From Macrostomum lignano (taxonomy: Eukaryota), in NCBI GenBank assembly GCA_002269645.1, contig NIVC01001659.1, positions 124,001-188,000 on the forward strand: a DNA stretch of 64,000 bases, written 5' to 3'. The translations under genes were made by a program, and so were the position numbers. The notes beneath the pieces were generated by a model that searched no databases, had not been told where the DNA came from, and worked only from the letters and a program-made list of their open reading frames with translations. This document shows, in pieces, positions 44,085 through 56,775 of the stretch (positions are counted from its first letter, which is position 1; every line of letters starts with the position of its first letter).

Positions 44085-47000
44085 TGCTTTGCCTCTTGCT
44101 CTGCCACCTTGCTATATCCCCTGCTCTATCCCTTGTTCTCCCTCCTTGCTTTGCCACCCTGCTCTACCCCCTGTTCTATGCCTTGTTCTATGCCTTGCTC
44201 TGCCACCTTGCTTTGCCCCCTGCTCTGCCACCTTGCTTTGCCCCCTGCTCTGCCACCTTGCTTTGCCCCCTGCTCTGCCACCTTGCTTTGCCCCCTGCTC
44301 TGCCAGCTTGCTTTGCCCCCTGCTCTGCCAGCTTGCTTTGCCCCCTGCTCTGCCACCTTGCTCTCTTTCCCTGCTCTGCCACCCTGCTCTACCCTCTGCC
44401 CTCCATCCCTGCTTTGCCACCTAGCTCTGCCACCCTGCTCTGCTGCTCTGCTCTGCCGCCCTGCTCTCTATCCCTACCCTGCCACTCTGATCTCTATCTG
44501 TGCTCTGCCACCCTGCTTTCCCCTGCTCTGCCATCCTATTCTGCCACCTTGCTCTCCCACCTTCCTTTACCACCCTGCTTTCCCTTGCTCTTCCCCGCTG
44601 CTCTGCCCCCTGCTCTGCCCCCCTGCTCTGCCTCCCTGCTCTGCCCCCTGCTCTGCCCCCTGCTCTGCCACCTTTCTCTGCCATCCTGCTCTGCCTGTCT
44701 GCCACCTCTGCCACCCTGCTTTCCCCTGCTCTGCCTCCCTGCTCTGCACCCCTGCTCTGCCACCCTGCTTTCCCCTGCTCTGCCATCCTGCTCTGCCATC
44801 CTGTTCTGCCACCTTGCTCTCCCACCTTCCTCTGCCACCCTGCTTTCCCTTGCTCTGCCACCCTGCTTTCCCCTGCTCTGCCTCCCTGCTCTGCACCCCT
44901 GCTCTGCCCCCTGCTCTGCCCCCTGCTCTGCCACCTCGCTCTGCGCTCTGCCTCCCTGCTCTGCCCCCTGCTCCATCCCCTGCTCTCCATCCCTGCTCTG
45001 CCCCCTGCTCTGCCACCTCGCTCTGCCTCCCTGCTCTGCCCCCTGCTCCATCCCCTGCTCTCCATCCCTGCTCTGCCACCCTGCCCTGCCATCCTGCTCT
45101 CCCACCTTCCTCTGCCACCCTGCTGAGCCTGCTCTGCCATCCTGCTCTGCCACCTCTGCCACCCTGCTTTCCCCTGCTCTGCCACCTCTGCCACCCTGCT
45201 TTCCCCTGCTCTGCCTCCCTGCTCTGCACCCCTGCTCTGCCCCCTGCTCTGCACCCCTGCTCTGCCCCCTGCTCTGCCACCTCGCTCTGCCTCCCTGCTC
45301 TGCCCCCTGCTCCATCCCCTGCTCTCCATCCCTGCTCTGCCACCCTGCCCTGTCATCCTGCTCTCCCACCTTCCTCTGCCACCCTGTTTTCTCCTGCTCT
45401 GCCATCCTGCTCTGCCACCTTTCTCTGCCACCCTGCTGAGCCTGCTCTGCCATCCTGCTCTCCCACCTTCCTCTGCCACCCTGTTTTCTCCTGCTCTGCC
45501 ATCCTGCTCTGCCACCTTTCTCTGCCACCCTGCTTTCCCCTGCTCTGCCTCCCTGCTCTGCACCCCTGCTCTGCCCCCTGCTCTGCCCCCTGCTCTGCCA
45601 CCTCGCTCTGCGCTCTGCCTCCCTGCTCTGCCCCCTGCTCCATCCCCTGCTCTCCATCCCTGCTCTGCCCCCTGCTCTGCCACCTCGCTCTGCCTCCCTG
45701 CTCTGCCCCCTGCTCCATCCCCTGCTCTCCATCCCTGCTCTGCCACCCTGCCCTGCCATCCTGCTCTCCCACCTTCCTCTGCCACCCTGCTGAGCCTGCT
45801 CTGCCATCCTGCTCTGCCACCTCTGCCACCCTGCTTTCCCCTGCTCTGCCACCTCTGCCACCCTGCTTTCCCCTGCTCTGCCTCCCTGCTCTGCACCCCT
45901 GCTCTGCCCCCTGCTCTGCACCCCTGCTCTGCCCCCTGCTCTGCCACCTCGCTCTGCCTCCCTGCTCTGCCCCTGCTCCATCCCCTGCTCTCCATCCCTG
46001 CTCTGCCACCCTGCCCTGTCATCCTGCTCTCCCACCTTCCTCTGCCACCCTGTTTTCTCCTGCTCTGCCATCCTGCTCTGCCACCTTTCTCTGCCACCCT
46101 GCTGAGCCTGCTCTGCCATCCTGCTCTCCCACCTTCCTCTGCCACCCTGTTTTCTCCTGCTCTGCCATCCTGCTCTGCCACCTTTCTCTGCCACCCTGCT
46201 GAGCCTGCTCTGCCATCCTGCTCTCCCACCTTCCTCTGCCACCCTGCTGAGCCTGCTCTGCCATCCTGCTCTGCCACCTCTGCCACCCTGCTTTCCCCTG
46301 CTTTCCCTCCCTGCTCTGCACCCCTGCTCTGCCACCCTGCTCTCCCACCTTCCTCTGCCACCCTGCTCTGCCCCCTGCTCTGCCACCCTGCTTTCCCCTG
46401 CTCTGCCACCCTGCTTTCCCCTGCTCTGCCTCCCTGCTCTGCCCCCTGCTCTGCCACCTCGCTCTGCCTCCCTGCTCTGCCCCCTGCTCCATCCCCTGCT
46501 CTCCATTCCTGCTCTGCCATCCTGCTCTCCCACCTTCCTCTGCCACCCTGCTGAGCCTGCTCTGCCACCCTGCTCTCCCACCTTCCTCTGCCACCCTGCT
46601 CTGCCCCCTGCTCTGCCACCCTGCTTTCCCCTGCTCTGCCTCCCTGCTCTGCACCCCTGCTCTGCCACCCTGCTCTCCCACCTTCCTCTACCACCCTGCT
46701 CTGCTCCCTGCTCTGCCACCCTGCTTTCCCCTGCTCTGCCTCCCTGCTCTGCCCCCTGCTCCATCCCCTGCTCTCCATCCCTTCTCTGCCACCCTTCCCT
46801 GCCATCCTGCTCTCCCCCCTGCTCTGCCACCGTGCTCTGCCTCTTGCTCTGCCATCCGCTCTGCCCCCTGCTCTCCCTTCCTGCTCTTCCTGCGCTCCCT
46901 CCCTGCACTCCCTTCTGCTCTCCCCCTGCTCTGCCACCGTGCTCCGCCTCTTGCTCTGCCACGCTGCTATGCCTGCCCCTGCTCTCCCTTCCTGTTCTTC

Positions 47001-47260
47001 CTGCGCTCCCTCCCTGCACTCCCTTCTGCTCTACCCCCTGCTCTGCCACTCTGTACTGCACCTTTCCGTCCCTGCACTCCCTTCTGCTTTGCCCTCTGCT
47101 CTCCCTCCCTGCTCTTCCTGCTCTCCCTCCCTGCACTCCCTTCTGCTCTACCCCCTGCTCTACCCCTGCACTCCCCTGCACTCGCTGCTATGCCATCCTG
47201 CTCTGCCCTTGCTGCCTGCCCTAATCCTGCTCCTTTGCCGCCTGCTCCAACCATGCTTTA
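44085..47260. repeat. Pyrimidine-rich (ccctgctctgcc) array in the left arm of the KDZ element
   Basis: Low-complexity array with block duplications; source of the many Pro/Cys and Arg/Gly ORFs. Confidence 0.92.
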
Positions 47261-47502
47261 CCGTAGCTTCTATGCTTTTTTGTATTCTTCCCCAACGGCC
47301 CCTGTCTCTAGCCAATAGGCAATTTTATCCTGTGTTTGTTAATTTAGCTTGGTAACTGAATTCAGTGTTGTGTTTATTATCTCGACAAACTGCAACCTGA
47401 AGGCCTAAAAGTTGCTTCAGTATGAGTATAAATTGCTCTCTACGTTCATTGTATATAAGATTACGACAAAATGTTGCAATTTTTTCTTGCAGTCACAACC
47501 CA

Positions 47503-48589
47503 ATGTCCCGCCGCTTAAGTGCTTGGAATGAACATGTTAGGAGAAATTGCAACCGGAAGGAAAAGCTTGCAGGTATGGCAATATTTATTAAGAATATCGT
47601 TTTACTATGTTGAAAATTTCATCATCAAAATCTGAAAGGAGCAAGAAGCGAAACCACCGCTCAACCGTCTAGTGGAGGACACCTATAATTCTTGTATTTA
47701 ATCAATTCGTCGATTGCTGCACATCACAGAACACTGTATTCCTCAGTCACATGTGAATACTTCGCAACTATTGCTTGGTCACATATGCTCGTATTCCAGT
47801 GAAATCTAAGGAGTCCATAGACCTACACACCTACAGCATCTGTTTATCCAGAACATTACAGGAGCTCTGCTCAGCACCACTTATTGCAACATTCCTCAAC
47901 GTACATTTCATGTATCGCATTTTGTTTAGTATCATCCATAAAGCGCTCTTAATGTGAATTATAACATTGTGCACCTTTTTATATTATTATATAAGATTAA
48001 GCATGGGTTTTTTATTGTTTTTTTCAGACCAAGCACAATGGTCTGCCACCCTAAGTCATACGCTGATTTAGATCCAACAAGCCGGCAAAACTTAATTAGT
48101 TCGGCTGCAGCTCCAAGTCTTGCTGAACGTCAGAAGAAACTGAAAAAGTCGGTGTACAAGCTCGTAAGTCTGTTTGTCATTTCCAGAAATTTTCAGCAGT
48201 TTCTCTTCATTAACTTGTCAAAACTAGTGTTTACGGTTTTTTAACCAATTCTGCTTTCACAGTTGGAATTGGCCGAGGATTCTGAAATGCACGCCGTTGT
48301 GCTGCTCCACCCAAAAAATGGAGGCACAACGAGTGTCTACGAAACAACAGAAGTTGCAGGATTTTCTGAGGGAGCCAATATTCCTTTGGTATGTAATAAA
48401 TAATAGTTTATTTTAGAATTATTTGCTTACGTACAGCCGGCGCTGGAAGGGTGTTGAGTAATTTATGACGATTATCAATTGGCACAAAATTTTAGGCTTT
48501 CCAATCTGCAGTGCTCAACGGGTCAAATGAGCCTACTACTGCTGCAAGCCTACGCCAAGCAGTTGCCTCGCTTCTTCAGACAAAATACA
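47503..48589 (+). CDS. Uncharacterised second gene inside the KDZ element; exons 47503-47572, 47837-47900, 48028-48163, 48263-48388, 48496-48589+ (3' end unresolved)
   Basis: Four GT-AG introns with compatible phases (1, 2, 0, 0) give MSRRLSAWNEHVRRN...SLAERQKKLKKSVYKL|LELAEDSEMHAVVLLHPKNGG...NIPL|AFQSAVL...SLRQAVASLLQTKY. Exon 2 has a weak donor. Confidence 0.55.
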
Positions 48590-48620
48590 GTAAAACAATA
48601 GCTCATTTTTGTACAATTAA

Positions 48621-49702
48621 CAGTAGGAATACCAAGCCGTTTTTCCGCCCGTCGAACTACCAAGAGGGGGGAATTCCCCCCTGACAATTCTCCCGCTGCG
48701 CCGGAACGGAGCAACGCAGGCACACGAAATTCAAAAACACGGGCCAACTTTCTGTTGCGCACCTTCTCAAACAAGAATCAAGTCGCCAGCCCTCCGGACC
48801 GTTGAGATATTCGACGGTTCTGCCAGAAGGTCGGATTTTTCCCATAAGCGTTAGTGTATTCAGTGCACCCCTGTGCGCCAATCAGCACTGCGCCTTAGCG
48901 CAGCCTTGCAATGCCTCCAAATTTCATCAGCACGTCGACCACATGTGTCTGCATCAGCTCTGACTTCGTTGGTCACTAGTGTTCACCCAGGCGGAGCTTC
49001 TGGACCTTCAACAGGTGGCACCAAGTGACTATGGACACCCTGATAGGAATTTCTCAAGTTTCGCTGATCAAGCCTCGACAGTGGGCAAACCTCAACTTCT
49101 GGACACCCTCAGCTAGTCTCTCAAGCGTTTGGTCATCACCCGAACGCCGTCGGCACCATCAACAGGTGGCATCAATAATAACAAATTACCTCATCATATT
49201 TACATAATTAAGTCGGGTGATTAAAAACTGTTTGGGATTCCTGCTGAGAATAACCAGGAGTTACAGATTGCCCATTATTGAAGCTTGATAAGAAAAACCT
49301 AACATAGGTGCAAAAGGAACCTAACATATGTCCATAGTCATCTGATGCCACCTGTTGAAGATGCCGACAGCGTCCGGGTGATGACCGAATGCTTGAGAGA
49401 CTAGCTGAGGCTGTCCCGCGTTTGAGGCTTGCCCATTGTCAAGGCTTGATCAGTGAAACTCGAGAAATTCCTATCAGGCTGCTCATAGTCACCTGGTGCC
49501 ACCTGTTGAAGGTGCCGACGGCGTCGGGGTGATGATGGAAGGCTTGAGAGACTAGCTGAGGGTGTCCAGAAGTTGAGAAGGTGCGCAACAAAAAGTTAGC
49601 CCGTGTTCTTGAATTTCGTGTGCCTGCGTTGCTCCGTTCCGGCGCAGCAAAAAAATTGTCAAGGGGGGGGGGGAAATTCCCCCCCTCTTGGTAGTTCTAT
49701 TG
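48621..49702. mobile_element. Non-autonomous foldback-like DNA transposon with TTAA TSD (possibly piggyBac-related)
   Basis: TTAA at 48617-48620 and 49703-49706; termini cagtaggaataccaag / cttggtagttctattg; ~130-bp subterminal IRs; internal inverted modules. Confidence 0.8.
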
Positions 49703-49802
49703 TTAATATCATTTAGGACTAGGCATTTTTTAGGTAGACATAGGTAGACATTTTTTATTCTTTGTTTCAAATGAAATACTGGTATTCTTAAGTCTAGTGG
49801 TA

Positions 49803-50193
49803 GGGTCTACGAACTTTGCCACCCGGAGAAAGTTGCCAGCCATAAAGTTTCCGGGCGAGAATCTTGTTAGCCAGAAAGTTGCTAGCGGAGAAAATTTGCA
49901 GCAAGGTATTAACCAGCTCAGAATTTCAACATCTGTCTAATTTTACAGTTATGAATCAATTACAAAACCTAATACATGCATTTCTTTTTTAAATACAGGT
50001 TCTTAATGCAGCTAATATACCATAAATGTATTATAGATAGATATACAAAAGATCTTACAATTTACAATTGATGCATAACTGCAAAATTAGTCAGATGTTG
50101 AAATTCTGAGCTGGTTAATACCTCGCTGCAAATTTTCTCCGCCAGCAACCCTCCGGCTAGCAAAATTCTCGGCTGGCAAAGTTCGTGCTATCC
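49803..50193. mobile_element. MITE with ~150-bp TIRs
   Basis: acgaactttgcc...gcaaggtattaaccagctcagaatttcaacatctg and its reverse complement at ~50085-50190; TSD degenerate. Confidence 0.75.
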
Positions 50194-50481
50194 TAATGGA
50201 CACTTGTCCTGAGGTTTGCAATCAAAGATAAATATTAATGATTATAAATCGTAAAAATGATGAAATCCCAGGATAAGCAAATTGACAAGGCCTTCAAAAA
50301 CTTGCATTAATTAGCAACAAGAAACGGATATTTACTGGCAAAAGAATTATTCAAACGGTACCCAAAAAGTTCATAGCTCGTAGTTACAGAAATTCAAGTG
50401 TCAAAACAGCAATCAGTTATCTAGATACAGTCTTCGTCGGTATCTGATGATATTGTTGTTGCCTGAGAGCTCTCACTGTCC

Positions 50482-53400
50482 TTACTGAAGTCCGAAAGGG
50501 GCACTAGAAAAAAGTGTTTTGAGTTTTACGTATAATGTAAAAACAGAATCGGAATTTGCAAGACTGGCTAATAAATGCAAATACTCACTTGATTCAATAA
50601 TTTCACTGTCGCATCTGGTATTAGCTGCTTCATGGAGAATCGGGAACTCGGACGGAAAGGCTGACAGATGAGATCTTACTAAACGACAAATGCCATTTTC
50701 ACGCATGTGAAGCATTGTTGAAATCGGTAATCCTCTGGCCTTTTGAATCTGCGAGCGGGTTACTTGTAGCGCATCAACGAAAAAAAATGATGCTCGCCTC
50801 ACTTCGGCTGCTACTCGTTGTGACTCCTCTTTACAGCGGAAGTACAAGTCTCGCAGCTTAACAGCTCGAGCTTTCTGTGCGATATCCCCATTAATGTGCA
50901 GCAGCTGCTGAAATCCTTCAGAATTCGGGGAAATGAAATCTTGATAGTCAAGTTGGTCACTCTGGTGCAGACCGTTAAATTTCGCTACAATGCTCCTGGT
51001 CTTTTTCAGAAGCTTTTGTATCGTTACAGTCAGCAGTCGGTTCATTCGCTGGCCACGCTCAGTTGCAGCATGGTCAATTAGGTACTGGCGCTCGCATGCA
51101 ACACGATACAAGCTGCGGATGGCTTCAGCTTTCCTTGAGGTTGCTGCTGTGGGTTTAGCCTTCAAGGAAGACAAAACTGTCTCCCGCGACTCTCCTGCCT
51201 TCTGTAGGAATTCGTCAACAGTTACTGAAAACGAAAAGTGCAGCTCCTGCTTAAAAAGGTGGATGGAAACGCGCTCTCAAATCTAATAAGTAAAAAAAAC
51301 TACTTCGATTTTTTTCACTGCAACCTCGTTTAATGTTTCAAAAGTGCTGTCTAGTATTGAATTTTTTTGTACAGTATTAGCGTCTACATTTTTTTCATAA
51401 AAACTCACGAGTGCTTTTGCTTTCTTAAAATAACTTTGCGAACTCTGTCTCAAAGCGCAAGAATGCTATCTCTTCAACCTTTCGGCGACTTTGCAACCAA
51501 GCAGCTGAAAATGGATAGATGGAAATGAATTTTTCATTCAGATTGATAATATACAAAAAAATAATAAATATGAACACAGTATATCACAACGACATACGAA
51601 TTAATTCACACAAATAAAATACTAACTAATCGACATGATGCGTGCAAAGTTCATAGTGTCAGCGACGTAATTCAAAAAATTGCGACGATTATCATGTGCC
51701 ATCTCCTTTACTTGAGGTCCAAATCTGCGGAATGGCGGCCAAATGCGCTCAACGCTCTCGCCATCTATCAGGCCCACAGACTCGGTGGCACGAATGCCGA
51801 ACAACAACTGACAACGAAGAACGTGACCATAAACGTGCAATGCCGGCAAGACAAAAGTTAATCTTGGATCGCAGAATCGACCAGCCAATTTGCAACTTAT
51901 ATCGTAAGATACGATTATTGGAACGTGGGGAGGAATATCGCGCAGCATCTGCTGAACCATGCACTCGCTGTAGTTGAGGCTGTAAAAAAGCAAAATAACT
52001 GGCGTTCAAAAATCAGAAAGGAAAACCAGTACTCGCAGCAAAGCACTGAAAGGAATTACCGCTCGCCAGGAGTAGTCACATCTTCCATGTACCTGATGAA
52101 CGAGTGTGGGCATGAGCCACAAAATAAACCGTACACATCCAATTTGTTGCGATCAGCTCCGCTCCGCTGGTAAGACCCTGGCCTCGACCGCCGGCGCTCC
52201 AGTTGGCGCAGTGCCCCTCAGAAGGCTGAACACCATTGCTGTGGTCTACGTCGATAAAGAAGCCAGAAGCGGGTGGCATAGTAGCTTTACCGGCGTTCCT
52301 GCGATGGCGGATGCCAAAGCACGCATCCATCATAAGAAACACTGGTGACGGATTATCGGATGTTTCATTTTTCTACAAATAGAGTGGGGCACTGCCATCA
52401 ACTAACTGTGTGTTGCTATGGTAAAGACTGTAATTAGTAGTTTTACAGAACCATAAAGTAGATTCGGCTTTACAAATGCTGTACTGATTACTATTTCTAC
52501 GACAATGACGGAAAATCAAGACACGAAGCAAAATGAAGGAGCACAGAGTTAGTATTAGACAATCCGTACCACATGACACGCCGGACAGGACGCGTTCTGT
52601 CCCCGTCGTAAGCTCTGAAGAACGCTCCGAAAAGCACGAAATGATCCATTGACGTTGAGTGTTCGGAAAAGGTCAACCTGAATTCAAAAGTGGGGCTCTT
52701 CAGACAAGAAAATAAAAGTTCATGACATGACCCAAACAATAGCCACAAAACATACCGTCAAGGTTGTGGGTATCCACATTGAATTCCGAAAGTGCCTCAG
52801 TGCAGCACACAGTGAGGAGAGTGAGGCTGTACATTGGGAGTTGAGACAGTCAATAAGAAGAAGCAAACCAATGGCCACGGCCGTCAACAGCCTTGCGTTT
52901 TCAGGCCTTGCTTGGATTGGCCAGAAACCGTGGGTCAGCAGTGCTTCACGGTAGGTAGTGCAGGAGCAAACCTCCACTTTAATAGGAATCTCGTTGACTG
53001 GAAAGAAGAAACAATTAGCCATACTTAACACTATAATTCAATTTGTAAAGGTTGTAAATGAGTCAATTACATTTGTGATAAGCTTTCGCGTAAAAATTTA
53101 AGGGAAGTAGCCTGGCGGTAGATGCGAAATATACAATAAAAACTATAGTTATATAATAAGGGTACTACCCCCATTCAATTATTACTAATTAGCTCCAAAA
53201 TTTCCAGAAGGATAGAGGTACTAGACAACAACAAATATGTTTACAGTATAACATAGATTACGAACAGCATCTCCCTCGCCGGCTGAGATCTTTTATGGTC
53301 TTATAAAGCAGTTTATTTATGCATTCGCAAGCCAACACATACCTTCCTCGGTGATAACAGTTACCGGAAATATACTAGATATGCCGGTACACCCACACTG

Positions 53401-54253
53401 ACGCAAAAGGCACACCTCTGTCGGGACAACTTCATAAAAATTTCCCTGAAAAATTGAGTAAATGATAAAATTTTTCTCAGACTCGCACTTAAGAGTGTTA
53501 GTGAATCAAATATGCGTGCTACTATTCTCTTTAATAGTAAGTGAACAGGCATAAATTTGTACAGTAGCCGCATACATCCAAGTCATTTTAAAACGTAAAA
53601 AACCGACTTAGACGTTATTTTTAATATATGCATCCTTACTGCAATTCTAAAATTAACAAAGGGAAGGTGACTTATGCTCGTATATGGAATTTAAGTTGCA
53701 TTTCTTACATTCCACAGCTGGACAGCATGCGGAGGTCGGTGCGAGTGGCGCGCTTCGAGACACTCGAGACAGACCGAAAGTAGGTGACACTTCTCGCACC
53801 GATACAATCCATCTGCAGAGCCACATACGACACATTTTTTCAGAGAATAGTGTTTTGCCACACCATCAGCAAGAGTTCCTGTGGAAAGTAGCTCATCCCA
53901 GCGGTCGCTTTCGGCCTCACAAAACTCTTTGAAACGACTCCGCTCAGCTTGATTATTATCATCTTCGTCGTCTTCAACATCGTCCAAGGGCTCAACGGCA
54001 CCCTCGTGCTCCAAATCGGATTCGGGGTCTGGACAGCGTGACGAACTACTGCAAATGAAAAGAAAATAGAAAAAATCTTTTTTCTCTCAACTGAAAAAGT
54101 AATCCAAACGAAAAGCAGCTTGCAAATATTAATAACTTACGCGGAACTCTGCTTTGAGGTAACAATGATACGAATAACTTTCGCTCGACTTCGGGCAGAA
54201 CCACGATAGAACTTGGCGGAAGTCTTTGCCACATTAATTTTTCGTCGTCCCAT
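50482..54253 (-). pseudogene. CxC-KDZ transposase, ~9 exons: 54253-54141, 54048-53709, 53445-53343, 52997-52756, 52677-52570, 52372-52060, 51979-51627, ~51504-51435, ~51230-50482; one 5-bp frameshift
   Basis: CxxC...YRCxxC...CxxC...H...PxH...WNG; VEVCSC...LLTHGFWP; CPAC; MMDACF; GLFCGSCPH; PGERLNY; YDISCKL; PALHVYGHVLRCQ; DGESVERIW. Splice phases are consistent through exon 7; the last two junctions are unresolved. Confidence 0.88.
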
Positions 54254-54369
54254 GACTCTGAATTTAAGAACGCGTTATCATATATTTAAAGCTGAGCTGT
54301 TTAACGAGTAGCTCCTAGAAAGCTGGAAACTCAAATATACTGTAAGCAGACGCATAACAAGGAGCAGAG

Positions 54370-55440
54370 AAGCCGGGTAGAGCCCGGATAGAGCAGAGGG
54401 CAGAAGAGCAGACAGTAGGGGCAGAGAACCAGGGATGGAATAGGCAGCAGGAAGCAGGACCAGAGCAGAGGGCAGAGCAGGAGGGCAGAGCAGGGGGAAG
54501 AGCAGCAAGCAGAAGAGCAGGGGCAGAGCAGGAGCGCAGAGCAGGAAGGCAAAGTAGGGGGCAGAGTGGGGGGCAGAGCAGGAAGACAAAGTAGGGGGCA
54601 GAGTGGGGGGCAGAGCAGGAGGGCAGAGCAGGAGGGAAGAGCAGGGACGCAGAGCGGGAAGACAAAGTAGGGGGCAGAGTGGGGGCAGAGTGGGGGGCAG
54701 AGCAGGAAGGCAAAGTAGGGGGCAGAGTGGGGGGAAGAGCAGGAGGGAAGAGCAGGGACTCGGAACAGGAAGACAAAGTAGGGGGCAGAGTGAGGGGCAG
54801 AGCAGGAGGGAAGAGCAGGGACGCAGAGCAGGAAGACAAAGTAGGGGGCAGAGCAGGAAGGCAAAGTAGGGGGCAGAGCAGGAAGGCAAATTAGGGGGCA
54901 GAGCAGCGAGCAGAAGAGCAGGGACAAAGCAGGGAGCAGAATGGTGGGCAGACCAGGAGGCCAGAGCAAGGAGGCAGAGTAAGAGTGAAGAGCAGAAGCT
55001 GGAAGAGCACGAGGGAAGAACATGGGCAGAGTGGGGGGCAGAGCAGGAGGGAAAAGCAGCAAGCAGAAGAGCAGGGGCAGAACAGGAAGGCAAAGCAGGG
55101 GGCAGAGCAGGAGGGCAGAGCAAAAGGTCAGAGCAGCAAAGAAGAGCAGGAGGGAAGAGCAGCGAGCAAAAGAGTAGGGGACAAAGTGGGGGGGAGGGGG
55201 CAAAGCAGCAAGCAGAGCAATAGGCAGAGCAGGGAGGCAGAACAGGAGGGCAGAGCAGGGAGGCAGACTGGCAGAGCAGGGGCAAGGCAGGGCAGAACAG
55301 CAAGCAGAGCAGGAGGGCATGGGCATAGCAGGGAGGCAGAGCAAAGGGTAGAGCAAGGAACAGAGTAGGACACAAGAAGGTAGGGCCAAAGGGCAGAATA
55401 AGGAACAGAGCAAATGGTAGAGTAGGGAGATAGAGCTGGA
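54370..55440. repeat. Purine-rich (ggcagagcagg) array in the right arm, mirror of 44085-47260
   Basis: Reverse-complement-like composition of the left array. Confidence 0.9.
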
Positions 55441-56621
55441 TGCAAATAGGGGTCAAAATAAAGAGACAAACAGATGGGGCAAAGTAAGGAATAGAACAAT
55501 ATGGCAAAAGAACATATAAAGTAGACAGCTATAGAGTAGAATAAAAGGAAAAAGAATAAAGCAAAAACAAACAGGAAAAGTATAAGTATAAAGAAGTACC
55601 AAATAAATAGCAAAAGGTTTAAATCGATCAAACAATTATTGACTTTTATTCTTATTAATAAGGCCCCTAAACATTTTAACAACTTAATATATAATATAAT
55701 AGCAAGCTAATAGCAATTCATTAGCCTATTATATCAAAGAAATTTTAGACTTGCTAGGCCTATTTTTATAAATATATATATAATATATAATATATTATTA
55801 TTTTATATTAAATAATATAGCTTTTTCTTTATTATCATTTCATGACTTAGTTCTTAAATTAAAGCCTAGTTTCCTAGGCCTACCATAAAAATACATAAAA
55901 TAGGCTTTATGTCTTTCTGAGTCAACTAACAGGCCAAATTCCCTTTGGCTTTATTATCTTTAGATATTTATTTTAAAACTTTAAGTTCTGCTTTTGCTCA
56001 GTTTAGGCCTAATCTAACATATTAAAATGCTATTTTTAATATTTGAGAAGCCATATAACCACCAAATAATCATTAAAAAACTTAATAAAATCAATATTGT
56101 ATTGACTTGATAAAGACGAATAATATGATCAATATAAGTTTAGATAAGGTTATAAATATAGGATACTACAGTGTATTAATATTACAGTAGATCATGGATG
56201 ATTGATAGGCATTATAATTTATTTTACTAATTAGGACTAATGCCTTAATGGTTGAAATGGGTGTACAAACTGAAAAAAGGTCTAGCACCTAGACTAAAAA
56301 GAACTAGGCTACATTGGGTAAAGCAAAGCTACTAACTACATAACCATGATAAACTGTGTGATGCAATGCATTTTCATGCCTATTTTTCATGCCTATTTCA
56401 GCCTATTCAATAATCAAAATCAATAAATTTAGATTCATCTGCGCCCTATATACCGTAGATGATATACAGTTAAGCAACCCTAACCCTATCCAATGTTCAT
56501 TTTGCTAAAAGAAGCATACAAGCATAATTTACATGGCCACGTGCTACAGCCCAGGATACAGCAAAGCTTCCTATGCTACATGTATAATGCTTAGAGAAAA
56601 CAAAATATACTTGATTTAGAA

Positions 56622-56775
56622 TTTTAAAACGACGCCATAAACAATCCCAAATAGACTACATTGTTGCAGCATTTTGGCTAAGAATATCATGATATAATAT
56701 CACCGTATCATGATATCTGAGCCTTTTTGCTGCACTTATTCGTGATATATTCCAGCAAAACTGTATATACGGGTG
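56622..56775 (-). repeat. Right TIR of the KDZ element
   Basis: Exact reverse complement of 40195-40348. Confidence 0.95.

Larger units (their letters stand above)
40195..56775. mobile_element. Complete KDZ/Zisupton-type DNA transposon, 16,581 bp
   Basis: 154-bp perfect TIRs at 40195-40348 and 56622-56775; 8-bp TSD TTCCTCTT at 40187-40194 and 56776-56783; internal CxC-KDZ transposase gene. Confidence 0.92.

Noticed and set aside
44031-47355. 700-880 aa Pro/Cys- and Arg/Gly-rich ORFs (also 54278-55507)
   Set aside because: Products of the low-complexity arm arrays; open in several frames on both strands.
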